IMG/VR virus record: IMGVR_UViG_3300025108_004223
Span: 1-64,000 of that record
DNA length: 64,000 bases
Strand: one strand, 5' to 3'
Source of the DNA: a virus
Shown piece after piece: positions 1 through 9,786 of this stretch (position 1 is its first letter; every line of letters begins with the position of its first letter). Under the pieces are notes generated by a model, which saw nothing but the letters and a program-made list of their open reading frames with translations, had not been told where the DNA came from and did no database searches. The translations under genes were made by a program, and so were the position numbers.

Positions 1-52
1 AATACGATTTAATCAAACAGGGCAGAGCACAAGAAGTATGGGATAAGTGGAA

Positions 53-1621
53 ATGAGAATAATTGAAATAACATCATTATTATTTGAAAAATATATAGCA
101 GAAAAACTGCCTACTAAAGATCAAGAATCAGGTGACAAAAAAGAAAAACCCCAAGGTGTTGAAATTGCTACATGGATAGGACCAAATGCAAATACTTGGG
201 ATCCTGCACAAGCACTGTTATTTAGAAAAATGGAGAAGTTAGGATATTCTAAAGAAAAAATATTTAGTCAAACTGGAACAATAAGAATGAATAATGGGAG
301 GTTAGCTCAAGAGATAAATGATAAAGATCAAACATGGAATCCAGAATATTTAAATGACAACGGTGGATTGAATATGTATGTTTATAATAATGACAGCTTT
401 GGCGATCTTAAAGGTGCAGTTAAATTAGGTGATCTATTAGATCATCCAGGATTATTTAATGCATATCCACAATTAAAAGATACTCCTGTAATTCTTGATA
501 AATCAGGTTTAATTGGTGGTGGATCTTATAATTATAACACTGGTCTAATAAAATTAAACGTAGGTGATGGTAACGGTAATGCGATAGGTTTAAACAAAGG
601 TGCTATGGGCGATATATTAGACACATTAACACATGAAATTGGTCATGCTATTCAACATGGTCCAGAAGTGAACCATTTTTCTAAAGGTGGAAATCCAGCA
701 TCAAGCCAAATTCAGAAAATTGGAAAAAATATTGAAAGAACTTGGTCAGAAATAGCTGATAAAGAATATGATATAGGTGATTTAGGATACTATTCATTGG
801 ATGGTGAAGGTGAGGCAGAGAATGCCAATAACAGAAAAGAATACACTGACAAAGAAAGAGCTGAAAGCTACCCATCATTTAATACATTTTCGGAAGTTAT
901 AACAATTCAAGGTAATGAAATTCCACAGCATATTAAAGATAAGTTACCACCTGGCTATAAATCTGTAATAACTAAGGTAGAGAGAACAAAGAGAAATCCC
1001 ACAGGCACATATATATCATTTCCCAATCCTGATTATAAAAGGATCGAAACTAAAATTATAAATGATTACATTAAGGCAAACCCCATACCATCATATGATA
1101 ATAATATTGACCCTTACCAAGATAAGATTAATAAATTGCTAGGAATTGATACAAATGCTATTCCAGACGACCCTGCGCCAATACCAGCGCCACCAGAACC
1201 AATACCAGAACCAACACCAACACCTGCACCTGCACCTGCACCAAAACCTACACCAGCGCCTAAACCTACACCAAAAATAAAAAAACCAACTAACCCAGGT
1301 GATAGAGCAGGAATAAACAAACCAAAAGTTAATCCTAATCCTAATCCAGGAATAGATGCAACTACGCCTATTCAACAACCAGCAAAACTACCACCATCTG
1401 GTAATGCAAATATAAAAACTCCTTCGATACAAACACCACCAGTTGATAGAAATAATCCATTTCAGATGTATCCGGATAATACACAAAGCTCAACAACTAA
1501 ACCAGGAGGACATGGGAAGAATTCAATATCAACCCATCCAGAAAAACCACCAAAAGTAAATAAACAACCACCAAAAGTAAAAAAACAACCACCAGGGAAA
1601 CAAGCTAATGAACGTAAATAA
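53..1621 (+). CDS. Polyvalent-type probable virion protein: LPD23-like domain + zincin (HExxH) metallopeptidase + Pro-rich tail
   Basis: TWIGPNA...IFSQTG...GRLAQEIND then LGDLLDHPGLFNAYPQLKD resembles LPD23. THEIGHAIQH and YYSLDGEGEAEN fit a zincin. The C-terminal third is PE/PT/PA/PK-rich. ATG at 53 overlaps the upstream TGA, so it is preferred over GTG at 47. Confidence 0.65.
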   Translation: MRIIEITSLLFEKYIAEKLPTKDQESGDKKEKPQGVEIATWIGPNANTWDPAQALLFRKMEKLGYSKEKIFSQTGTIRMNNGRLAQEINDKDQTWNPEYLNDNGGLNMYVYNNDSFGDLKGAVKLGDLLDHPGLFNAYPQLKDTPVILDKSGLIGGGSYNYNTGLIKLNVGDGNGNAIGLNKGAMGDILDTLTHEIGHAIQHGPEVNHFSKGGNPASSQIQKIGKNIERTWSEIADKEYDIGDLGYYSLDGEGEAENANNRKEYTDKERAESYPSFNTFSEVITIQGNEIPQHIKDKLPPGYKSVITKVERTKRNPTGTYISFPNPDYKRIETKIINDYIKANPIPSYDNNIDPYQDKINKLLGIDTNAIPDDPAPIPAPPEPIPEPTPTPAPAPAPKPTPAPKPTPKIKKPTNPGDRAGINKPKVNPNPNPGIDATTPIQQPAKLPPSGNANIKTPSIQTPPVDRNNPFQMYPDNTQSSTTKPGGHGKNSISTHPEKPPKVNKQPPKVKKQPPGKQANERK

Positions 1622-1919
1622 AGAAAACATTTGGCATTTTACTTGTGATTACTGTCAAGGTTTTTGGAGTATAGCGACTATGGATGACTGGGAGCCTACA
1701 AACTTATATTGCACTCATTGTGGTGAACAAAATAAAAATGAAGGACATATTAGATTTGGAACCTCATCTTATACTAGAGCAGAAGATAGTTTTCAAAAAG
1801 AAATATGTTCATGTGGTCACAAAGTTATAGATTGCGATTGTGCACCAGGATGTAAATGTGGATGTAACAGACGTTACTTAGATTCCGAAACAAGTTTTGA
1901 TATGGAAAAATATACATGA
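1608..1919 (+). CDS. Small Cys-rich protein (two CxxC pairs and a metallothionein-like C-terminus)
   Basis: CDYC, CTHC, CSCGHKVIDCDCAPGCKCGC. It overlaps both neighbours. Confidence 0.6.
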   Translation: MNVNKENIWHFTCDYCQGFWSIATMDDWEPTNLYCTHCGEQNKNEGHIRFGTSSYTRAEDSFQKEICSCGHKVIDCDCAPGCKCGCNRRYLDSETSFDMEKYT

Positions 1920-3085
1920 CATATTCAACAGCATGTTCAAAGAGTTGGACAGACGTAAATGTAGATTTTAAACGAGGCACAGTAGGTCATTGTTGTAAGT
2001 CAGTGTATTATGACTTACCTAATGAATATACATCTAATTTTTTCACTAATAGTGAGCATATTCAAAAACGTAGACAAGATACTCTCAACGGCATTCAACA
2101 TCCAGATTGTCAAACATGTTGGAAAGATATTAAAAATGGAGTTACTCCGTTTAAGGATTGGATGAACGAATGGAAAAACTTTGACAGCGTTAAAATAGAT
2201 GAACCACAAGTTAATTACATTGAAGTTGATTTAGACAACACTTGCGATTTAAGTTGTTTATATTGCAGTGCTGATGCAAGTAGTAAGATTGCACAAGAAG
2301 AAGGTATTAAAGGCATTGATAAAACAAGACAAAAAGATATTGAAAATTTTACATATTGGTTAAAGAATACAGTTAACAATTCCAAAAGTCATATTGATAT
2401 TGCATTTTTAGGCGGTGAACCTACAGCAAGTAAATTATTTTACGAACTAATTGATTATATTGTAACATTAGATACTAGTAATGTCACAATACAAATAACA
2501 ACAAATTGTAACAGCAAAGCTCACTTATTTAAGAAATTATTAAATGCAATGGATAAATGTCAGTGTGATTGGCAAATTAATATTAGTAATGAAAGTTACA
2601 AAGACGATAGTGCGTTAATTAGATATGGATTAGATTGGGATAGATTCGAACAAAATTTATGTTCTTATGCCTCACATAAAAAAGTTAGATACATTAGTTT
2701 TGATGCTACTATGACTAGTCTTGCAATACCAACATTTACTAGATATATTCAATGGGTATTAGATACAATGGCAAACTATACTAAAAAATTCGGTATAATA
2801 GGAGATGCAGTATTTTGGCCAGGTGAGTTAGATGTAGCAATACTTCCAGAGTCTTTTAAACCCCATATGGACTCAGCAATACAATTAGTAAAAGAAAACA
2901 GATTGTCTAATTATGAAAACAAAAAAACTACTTTAACATTTCTCGAAGGAATAAAAACTCGCATTGGTTCTAACTACAAGGAAGATTATACAAATACAGT
3001 TGCACAGTTTTTAGTGCCAAAACAAAAGTATAAAAAGACAGATAAACTTATGAGATTAGTAGACTCACTAGGAGAAATAAAATGA
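1916..3085 (+). CDS. Radical SAM protein with N-terminal twitch/SPASM-like domain
   Basis: CDLSCLYC, FLGGEP, and N-terminal CSKSW...HCC...CQTCW. Confidence 0.9.
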   Translation: MTYSTACSKSWTDVNVDFKRGTVGHCCKSVYYDLPNEYTSNFFTNSEHIQKRRQDTLNGIQHPDCQTCWKDIKNGVTPFKDWMNEWKNFDSVKIDEPQVNYIEVDLDNTCDLSCLYCSADASSKIAQEEGIKGIDKTRQKDIENFTYWLKNTVNNSKSHIDIAFLGGEPTASKLFYELIDYIVTLDTSNVTIQITTNCNSKAHLFKKLLNAMDKCQCDWQINISNESYKDDSALIRYGLDWDRFEQNLCSYASHKKVRYISFDATMTSLAIPTFTRYIQWVLDTMANYTKKFGIIGDAVFWPGELDVAILPESFKPHMDSAIQLVKENRLSNYENKKTTLTFLEGIKTRIGSNYKEDYTNTVAQFLVPKQKYKKTDKLMRLVDSLGEIK

Positions 3086-3309
3086 CACAAGACGATGTCT
3101 ATAGATTACAATATCTTGCAGGTATTATAGATAAGCAAGGTGATACTATAAAACCAACTGATGAATCCAACCTAAGTATTGTTGGAAGTGCTAAAGGTCA
3201 GTATATGCGTAAGCATAATGTTAAGCCAGGCACTGACGAGTGGTTCAAACTATGGTTCAGTAGACCAAAACTAACAGGTGAAAACCCTACACCAAAGCAA
3301 GGCGGATAA
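3082..3309 (+). CDS. Hypothetical phage protein
   Basis: ATGA overlap with the upstream gene. Contains RLQYLAGI. Confidence 0.6.
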   Translation: MTQDDVYRLQYLAGIIDKQGDTIKPTDESNLSIVGSAKGQYMRKHNVKPGTDEWFKLWFSRPKLTGENPTPKQGG

Positions 3310-3310
3310 C

Positions 3311-4861
3311 ATGTTAATTAATGAGGTAATTATCTTACAAGAAGAAAAGCTAGATATTAACTCTATTGTAACACCTGCGATCAAATACTTAGATAAAGTA
3401 TTCAAAGATAACAACTTTGAGATACGTATTGTTGGAGGTGCAGTGCGTGATATTGCATTAAATAAATTACCTAAAGATATTGACTTTGCCTCAGATGCAA
3501 CACCAGATGAAATGATTGCTATGTTTGATAAAGAAGCAATCAAATACATTCCTACAGGTTTACAACACGGAACAATAACCGCAGTAGTAAACGGAGAAGA
3601 TTTTGAAATCACAACACTAAGAGCAGACAAACAAACAGACGGCAGACATGCTGAAGTAGAGTTTGTTCGTAGTTGGGAAGAAGATGCTAAACGCAGAGAC
3701 TTAACATACAATGCTATGAGCATGGATATCGATGGCGAGCTATACGATTACCACAATGGCATGGACGACCTACAAGACAAAGTAAGTAAATTTGTAGGCG
3801 AACCAGAACAAAGAATTACAGAAGATTATTTACGTATATTACGTTACTTCCGTTTCCAAGGTAGACTATCAGAGCCTACTTGGGATAAAGATACATTACA
3901 AGCAATTAAAACGCATGCCAAAGGACTATCCGGTATTAGTGCCGAGAGAATATGGGCAGAAATGAGCAAAGCACTTTCAGGACAAAATATTGCAAGTATA
4001 TTATCAACTATGCACAAAACAGGTGTAGCACAAGTAATAGGATTAAACGTAAACAATTTAAGTGCAATAAAAGATGGCGGCAACCCAATTATAGCACTAG
4101 CACAACTAGGCAACGATTTAGACATTGCAAAGCGTTGGAAAATGAAAAATACAGAAGCAGAGTTATTGGGCTTTTTAGTTAAGAACAAAAACAATTCACT
4201 TGATCAAAAGAAAGTGGAAGATATGATTGCTGATGGTGTTAAGCGTGAATTGATTACAGCACTAGCATCAATGCAAAACAAAAACGTAAACATAGATGCA
4301 AAAGTTCCAGACTTTCCAGTTACAGGAGCAGACTTAATTGCTAAAGGCATGAAACCAGGCCCAGATTTGGGTAAAAAATTAGCACAGTTAAAGCAACAAT
4401 GGAAGGCTGGTAATTTTACTGCCACAAGAGATGATTTATTAAAAGAAGATCCAGACTTGTCTACCGAACGAGGCAGATTAGAATATTATCTAAAAAAGCC
4501 TATACCAGAAGGAATGTTAGTTAGTTTATATAAGTTAGGAAAGTTCCATCAAGGAGCAGATCCATTAGCAGAAATAGTTCCAGAACGTAATGGAGGATTT
4601 GCATTACATCCTGATAAATGGGAAAGCACATTTTACAGTCTAACAAACAAAGATTTTAAAAAGATAGGTTATTACAAACCTATGATAATAAAAGCACCAG
4701 CAAATACAATAGTTGCTGATATGGCCATTGCAAATCAATTTTATAGGACAGACGATCCTAACGAACGCAATAGACTTGCAAACGCATACAAAGACAGTAT
4801 GGGCAAAGATATTTCCAGTATGAAGATGCCTGAAGTTTTGCTAAATACTAGTAAGGAGTAA
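3311..4861 (+). CDS. cca: Class II tRNA nucleotidyltransferase (CCA-adding type) with extra C-terminal domain
   Basis: GGAVRD, DIDFA, FEITT, RRDLTYNAM, EDYLRILRYFRF and VTGADLIAKGMKPGPDLG. No bacterial poly(A) polymerase G(R/K)RF signature (TGLQHGT instead). Start placed at ATG 3311 (MLINEV). Confidence 0.88.
   Translation: MLINEVIILQEEKLDINSIVTPAIKYLDKVFKDNNFEIRIVGGAVRDIALNKLPKDIDFASDATPDEMIAMFDKEAIKYIPTGLQHGTITAVVNGEDFEITTLRADKQTDGRHAEVEFVRSWEEDAKRRDLTYNAMSMDIDGELYDYHNGMDDLQDKVSKFVGEPEQRITEDYLRILRYFRFQGRLSEPTWDKDTLQAIKTHAKGLSGISAERIWAEMSKALSGQNIASILSTMHKTGVAQVIGLNVNNLSAIKDGGNPIIALAQLGNDLDIAKRWKMKNTEAELLGFLVKNKNNSLDQKKVEDMIADGVKRELITALASMQNKNVNIDAKVPDFPVTGADLIAKGMKPGPDLGKKLAQLKQQWKAGNFTATRDDLLKEDPDLSTERGRLEYYLKKPIPEGMLVSLYKLGKFHQGADPLAEIVPERNGGFALHPDKWESTFYSLTNKDFKKIGYYKPMIIKAPANTIVADMAIANQFYRTDDPNERNRLANAYKDSMGKDISSMKMPEVLLNTSKE
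4842..4853 (+). promoter_or_regulatory. Candidate T4-like late promoter
   Basis: TAAATACTAGTA directly upstream of SD AAGGAG and ORF 4867. The same 12-mer occurs at 10042. Confidence 0.5.
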
Positions 4862-4866
4862 ACATA

Positions 4867-6747
4867 ATGCGTATTAATGAAGTAGACAACCCAGTAACAC
4901 AGGCTGATATTGATCAGTTAGAAGTGTTTGCTGACCGTTTGTTTGCTAAAGTAGGTATTGATGTAGAATTTACTCGACACTTTTTAAATAGAGTCAATGA
5001 CGAACGTAATGTAAAACAAATTACAATGTCAGAACTTACACGACTATTCAAACAAGAATACAAACGTTGGGGCAAGCCAATTGCACAACTAGGCCCAGAT
5101 GCAGAAGCAGTAATGAGAGATATGGCAACAGATATTAATTTGCCATTTGCATTACGTTGGGATCACAAGAATAATGAATTAGATCTTATTGCTAAAACAG
5201 TAATGCGTAAAGCAAACTTCACAACATCCAACCAAGAGTTTGCAGTAGAAGGTTATCGATCTATGTTTAGGCAAAGTGCTTATGAATTAGCTGCAGATAG
5301 ATTACACAGTGTATTACAGCGTAAAGAAAAAGAAAACGGTGGTGTATTTAGACATGCACTAGGTTGGTATGCATCTAAAATTGCAAGTGGATTTAGAGAT
5401 ATTGACAGTGGAGAATTAAAAGCATACTATCAAAAGAATTATGATACAGTATTAAGCGAAAGTGACTTATCATATGCTCCAACCATGCTAATGGAACAAG
5501 CGTTACCAAATATGTGGCCAAGTAATCCACAGCAATTCCAAAGTAAATTAGGCACCCTTCCAGGCCCAGCAAATCAAGTAAGAGGAAACATTATTGAATT
5601 GTTTCCAGAACAGTTAAAAAATAATCCAAGAATAAGAATAAGTGTAGGAAACTACTTTGTAAAGAATCCAGCAATCTTCAAAGAGTTAGTTGCAGCAAAT
5701 GATAACAATGCAAGTAGATTTAGAATTCCAGGTTGGCTTAAAAAAACCGCCCCATTTGCAAAAGTATTTGGTGGAATACTAACTAGTATACTATGGCCAA
5801 CACCATTAGGAGATCCAAACGAAGCACAGACTGTAATATTATATAATATGATAGAAAGTATTATTAGAACTGATCCTGGTGCTGCAATAAACGATATTAA
5901 AGAATGGTATAAGGATCAAGGTAAAGCAGAAGATTATGTTGACGATTGGTATTATCAAAATGCAGTAAGACACCATAACAAACAAATACTAAAACAATTA
6001 GAAGGTGTAGTTGATCCTGCATTAAAAAATGCTGCAAATAAGATAGCTGAAAGAATACGTAAGGCACAAAATCAAAAAGAATTGGATGATTTAATTGGCA
6101 CAATAGATGGACCATTACAGAATGCAATTAATAACCTAGCACCAAATGTAATGACCGAGCTTCCACCCGAGGCATTGTTAAATCCTGAAACTAATACAAC
6201 AGAGTTAGGATTAAACCCACCACCATTAGAATTTGATGATCCAACTGAAATTTTTGATATACCTCCATTGGTAGATCCAGCAAAAGATAATCCACCATTA
6301 GAAATATTTCCACCAGACCCAGTTACGGAACCAAAACTACCTATAGAGCCAGCTCCAAAAGGCCCTGAGGTTGTAACTATTCCACCTAAACAACCAAAGA
6401 ATCCAAAACAAAACCCGGATAATCCAGAGGTGCCGGATAGCCCACCATCTGATCAGCCAGATATTAAAATTCCACAGCCGCTTAACGCACCTCAACAGGA
6501 CATACAGTTTATTCCACCAGCAAATGTAACTGACCCAGAAATAGCATTTCGGGATAAACCAGCTTTACCTCCAGTTCCAGTATCTGCTGCTCCGCCAACT
6601 GGCGGCGGCAATGGTAATGGTAATAAAAATAATAATAAAAAGCGTAGGAAGAAAAATGATTGGGGTAACGGTAATAGTTCAAATTATGATGATCCATTAC
6701 AACGTTGGCAAAAGAAATATGGAACATGGGAGCCTACTGACCGATGA
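4867..6747 (+). CDS. Multidomain probable internal virion protein with Pro-rich C-terminal region
   Basis: MRINEV start, a compact N-terminal domain (FTRHFLNRVNDERN), a hydrophobic helix, a long Pro-rich tract and a basic Asn/Gly tail. Confidence 0.6.
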   Translation: MRINEVDNPVTQADIDQLEVFADRLFAKVGIDVEFTRHFLNRVNDERNVKQITMSELTRLFKQEYKRWGKPIAQLGPDAEAVMRDMATDINLPFALRWDHKNNELDLIAKTVMRKANFTTSNQEFAVEGYRSMFRQSAYELAADRLHSVLQRKEKENGGVFRHALGWYASKIASGFRDIDSGELKAYYQKNYDTVLSESDLSYAPTMLMEQALPNMWPSNPQQFQSKLGTLPGPANQVRGNIIELFPEQLKNNPRIRISVGNYFVKNPAIFKELVAANDNNASRFRIPGWLKKTAPFAKVFGGILTSILWPTPLGDPNEAQTVILYNMIESIIRTDPGAAINDIKEWYKDQGKAEDYVDDWYYQNAVRHHNKQILKQLEGVVDPALKNAANKIAERIRKAQNQKELDDLIGTIDGPLQNAINNLAPNVMTELPPEALLNPETNTTELGLNPPPLEFDDPTEIFDIPPLVDPAKDNPPLEIFPPDPVTEPKLPIEPAPKGPEVVTIPPKQPKNPKQNPDNPEVPDSPPSDQPDIKIPQPLNAPQQDIQFIPPANVTDPEIAFRDKPALPPVPVSAAPPTGGGNGNGNKNNNKKRRKKNDWGNGNSSNYDDPLQRWQKKYGTWEPTDR

Positions 6748-6935
6748 AGATAAAAGACATACTAAAGTTACCCAATATTGAAATCGGAGATGAAATATTA
6801 GTAGGCAAATTTAAAAACCGTAAAGCAGTAGTTACAGGATTTGCAACAGATGAGAATAACCAGCCTGTGTTAAAAACAACCAAAGGCGATCAAAAACTAT
6901 TCAAACCAAGAATAGTTAAATTAATGGACAAGTAA
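6744..6935 (+). CDS. Small hypothetical protein (MKIKDI start)
   Basis: ATGA overlap, shared N-terminal motif. Confidence 0.6.
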   Translation: MKIKDILKLPNIEIGDEILVGKFKNRKAVVTGFATDENNQPVLKTTKGDQKLFKPRIVKLMDK

Positions 6936-6936
6936 A

Positions 6937-7383
6937 ATGAAGATATATGACATCATTTCAGATAATAATTCTTTATTAGAATTAGAACAATGGGCTAAAA
7001 GACAAGTGCCGTTATTTGAAGAAGGTATGTCTACTGAGAAATTGAGCAAGTCAATTCTACAAAGAGCCTTAGATAAATTCAAAAAACAACCAGAACCAAG
7101 TGAAGAAAAAACTAAAGAAATGCAAGATTACATGGAACAGTTAGAAATGAAACTTGGTAATGAAAAAGTAGAAAAAACAACACTACAAAAATTCTTTGGT
7201 TTCTTTCGTAAGCATCCAAAATTGATAGGACTAGGTGTTATCATATTAATGTTATTGTCACCAGTATTACCATCAATTGCAGTAGTAGGATTAACTTTAG
7301 AAAAAGTCTTGTCAGTTATATTAGCAGGATTATATACAATCGACATAGCCTCTCCGGCAGTTAAAACAGCAATGGAATTATAA
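6937..7383 (+). CDS. Hypothetical membrane protein (MKIYDII start)
   Basis: Two hydrophobic C-terminal segments. Confidence 0.6.
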   Translation: MKIYDIISDNNSLLELEQWAKRQVPLFEEGMSTEKLSKSILQRALDKFKKQPEPSEEKTKEMQDYMEQLEMKLGNEKVEKTTLQKFFGFFRKHPKLIGLGVIILMLLSPVLPSIAVVGLTLEKVLSVILAGLYTIDIASPAVKTAMEL

Positions 7384-8138
7384 TGAAAATATTTGAAATT
7401 ATAAATGAATGGGATTCTGGTGTTAAGAGAGTTAACACAGGCATTGATATGAAAGCTGCACTGGCTAAACGAGCTGCACAAATATCTTCACCGGGAACTA
7501 ATCCAACTTTAAGCACTAGAACAAGTGTTACTAGAAATAGTAATTCAGGCACAGGTACCACACATAAAACATTTAGTAAGTATACACAAAAGATGGGAGA
7601 CTTAGGCGGAACATCATTAAGTAAAGTAAACAATATAAAAAAGTCAGCAGATGGAGCCACAGGCACTAGCACAAAACGATTTGTTAGACCAGGCGGAGCT
7701 GGAACACAGAGCGTAACAAACGTTGGCACTGGAAAAACAACTAATACTAAGTTTCAACTAAAAGGTCCACAAAGTTGGGCATATGATAAACCAAAATTAA
7801 ATGCTTCTAAGAAAATAAAAGAAATAACATCAGATGAAAGGCGTGCTAGAAAGAAAGCATACGCACTTAAAACAATGGCAAAATACCGTAAAGCTGCAGA
7901 ACTAGGCATAGATCCGTCCAAAGTTAATCAACGCAGAGATCAACCAACTCCTGTTAAAGAAGATGGCGTAATTGTTCCAGGTGTTAACACTACTGTAGAT
8001 GTTAAGCCAGGCGAAACAGAACGTCAAGCTGCGAAATTTGGTAACGGCAAAATAAAAGAACTAATGCCCAAAGCACGTAAGAACAGCAAGCCTAACACAT
8101 TATACAACATGGGATTAGCTGAAAAGAAATCCAAGTAA
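7383..8138 (+). CDS. Basic Thr/Gly/Lys-rich probable head protein
   Basis: MKIFEIINE start, low complexity, very basic. Confidence 0.55.
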   Translation: MKIFEIINEWDSGVKRVNTGIDMKAALAKRAAQISSPGTNPTLSTRTSVTRNSNSGTGTTHKTFSKYTQKMGDLGGTSLSKVNNIKKSADGATGTSTKRFVRPGGAGTQSVTNVGTGKTTNTKFQLKGPQSWAYDKPKLNASKKIKEITSDERRARKKAYALKTMAKYRKAAELGIDPSKVNQRRDQPTPVKEDGVIVPGVNTTVDVKPGETERQAAKFGNGKIKELMPKARKNSKPNTLYNMGLAEKKSK

Positions 8139-8147
8139 GGATATAAA

Positions 8148-9368
8148 ATGTCCACTCCTAGTGACAACATAGTAAACAGATACAACAAATCGTTCTGTAT
8201 TAAACCTTTCACTGAAATATCAAATTCCGCAGTTGGACACAGGCAACTTTGTTGTAGAAGCGATACATTAATATACACAGGCGATGTTAATAGCTCATCA
8301 CTTACCGAAGACTTTTTTAATCATCCAAAAATGAATGAGGTTAGAAGAAAAATGCTCGCCGGTGAAGAAGTAGAAGAATGTTGGATATGTGCCGACTCAG
8401 AAAAAGCAAGAGGAAAATCACACAGAACATTTGTAATGCAAGAGTTTGAAAGAATGGCTCCTAAACTAACAGATGAAATATTTCAAAATGGCAAAATAGA
8501 ATTAAAGTCACTTGATATACGTTTTGGGACCAAATGTAATCTAGCGTGTGTAATGTGTGGTCCTGGTAGCAGTAGTTTAATTGCAAAAGAAGAAGAAGAC
8601 GATGAGTTTCAATTAGTTGACTTAAACGACTTTTCATTGGATGCTATTAAAAAACATTCTGAAGGTATTGTGTTATTTAAAACAACTGGTGGCGAACCTA
8701 TGTTGTTACCTGCATATAAGAAAACACTTGAGTTTTTTGTAGAAAAGGGTTATGCAAAAGATATAGAGTTCACAACTATTACAAATGGCACAATTGATTA
8801 TAGTGACCTCATGCCACTAATGAATGAATTTAAATATTTTAAAATTAGTCATAGTATAGATGCAGCAGATCAATCATATGATTATGTTAGATGGCCAGGA
8901 ACAATGTCACGTATACAGCGTATACACCAGCGTATTGTAGAGAATTCTAAACAGTATAAAAATATAAGACTTGAATTTGGTGCTACTATACATGTATTAA
9001 ACGTAGATCAAGTAGTAAAGATTAGCAAATACTTATGTGAACTTGGACAGAATACTAAAAATAATTATGCAGTTGATATGGTGCATGAACCAGACTATAT
9101 GCAACCAGGATTAGTTCCAAAAAAAGTAATAGATGAATTAGAAGAAGAATACTATGCATGGGATAAGCCAAAAGGTTATCGCAGCGGACCTGAAATAATT
9201 GATTTTATTAAAGTTTTGCGTTATAATTATGAGAAAATAAATAGTAATAAGGAACATAAACAAGAGTTACTTAATCAGCTAGAAGCCAAAACAATATTTT
9301 GGAAAGCAAAAAGAAAACTTGATGTTCGTGATTATATTCCATACTACAAGGAGATTCGAACACAATGA
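8148..9368 (+). CDS. Radical SAM protein with N-terminal twitch/SPASM-like domain
   Basis: CNLACVMC, TTGGEP, and FCIKPF...LCC...CWIC. Confidence 0.9.
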   Translation: MSTPSDNIVNRYNKSFCIKPFTEISNSAVGHRQLCCRSDTLIYTGDVNSSSLTEDFFNHPKMNEVRRKMLAGEEVEECWICADSEKARGKSHRTFVMQEFERMAPKLTDEIFQNGKIELKSLDIRFGTKCNLACVMCGPGSSSLIAKEEEDDEFQLVDLNDFSLDAIKKHSEGIVLFKTTGGEPMLLPAYKKTLEFFVEKGYAKDIEFTTITNGTIDYSDLMPLMNEFKYFKISHSIDAADQSYDYVRWPGTMSRIQRIHQRIVENSKQYKNIRLEFGATIHVLNVDQVVKISKYLCELGQNTKNNYAVDMVHEPDYMQPGLVPKKVIDELEEEYYAWDKPKGYRSGPEIIDFIKVLRYNYEKINSNKEHKQELLNQLEAKTIFWKAKRKLDVRDYIPYYKEIRTQ

Positions 9369-9778
9369 GAATAGTATTAAAAAGATTAAGCACTAAAGAC
9401 TTATATAAATTAACAAGCATATTAGATTATGATACTGCTACATTGGCAAACATTGCTTGGCCGTTTGACAGAAGTGTCGCAATGCAATTTATTAATGATT
9501 ACAATACCTGGGGCGTTTGGATTAATCAAGATACACTAGTTGGAGCAGTTGAAGTAAAAGAAGATTTAGAAACTGCATATTTTATTAAAAAAGGCTGGCG
9601 TAACACAGGTATAGGCTCAAGAGCTATTGAACTATGTGTAGAAGAATTTGGCGATCAACAGTTATGGTGTGTTATTAATCCAGACAATAAAGCAAGTTTA
9701 AAAGTAGCACAAAAAGGTGGATTACGAGTTAAGTTTATTGATTCAGATAAAACAGACGTAATTACTGTTGTAAAATAG
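9365..9778 (+). CDS. GNAT N-acetyltransferase (RimJ/RimL-like)
   Basis: WRNTGIGSRA acetyl-CoA loop and INPDNKASLKVAQKGG motif. Confidence 0.75.
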   Translation: MRIVLKRLSTKDLYKLTSILDYDTATLANIAWPFDRSVAMQFINDYNTWGVWINQDTLVGAVEVKEDLETAYFIKKGWRNTGIGSRAIELCVEEFGDQQLWCVINPDNKASLKVAQKGGLRVKFIDSDKTDVITVVK

Positions 9779-9786
9779 AGAATGAT

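Noticed and set aside
3311-4861. Poly(A) polymerase (pcnB) annotation
   Set aside because: The PAP-specific G(R/K)RF motif is absent and the EDxxR templating motif is present.
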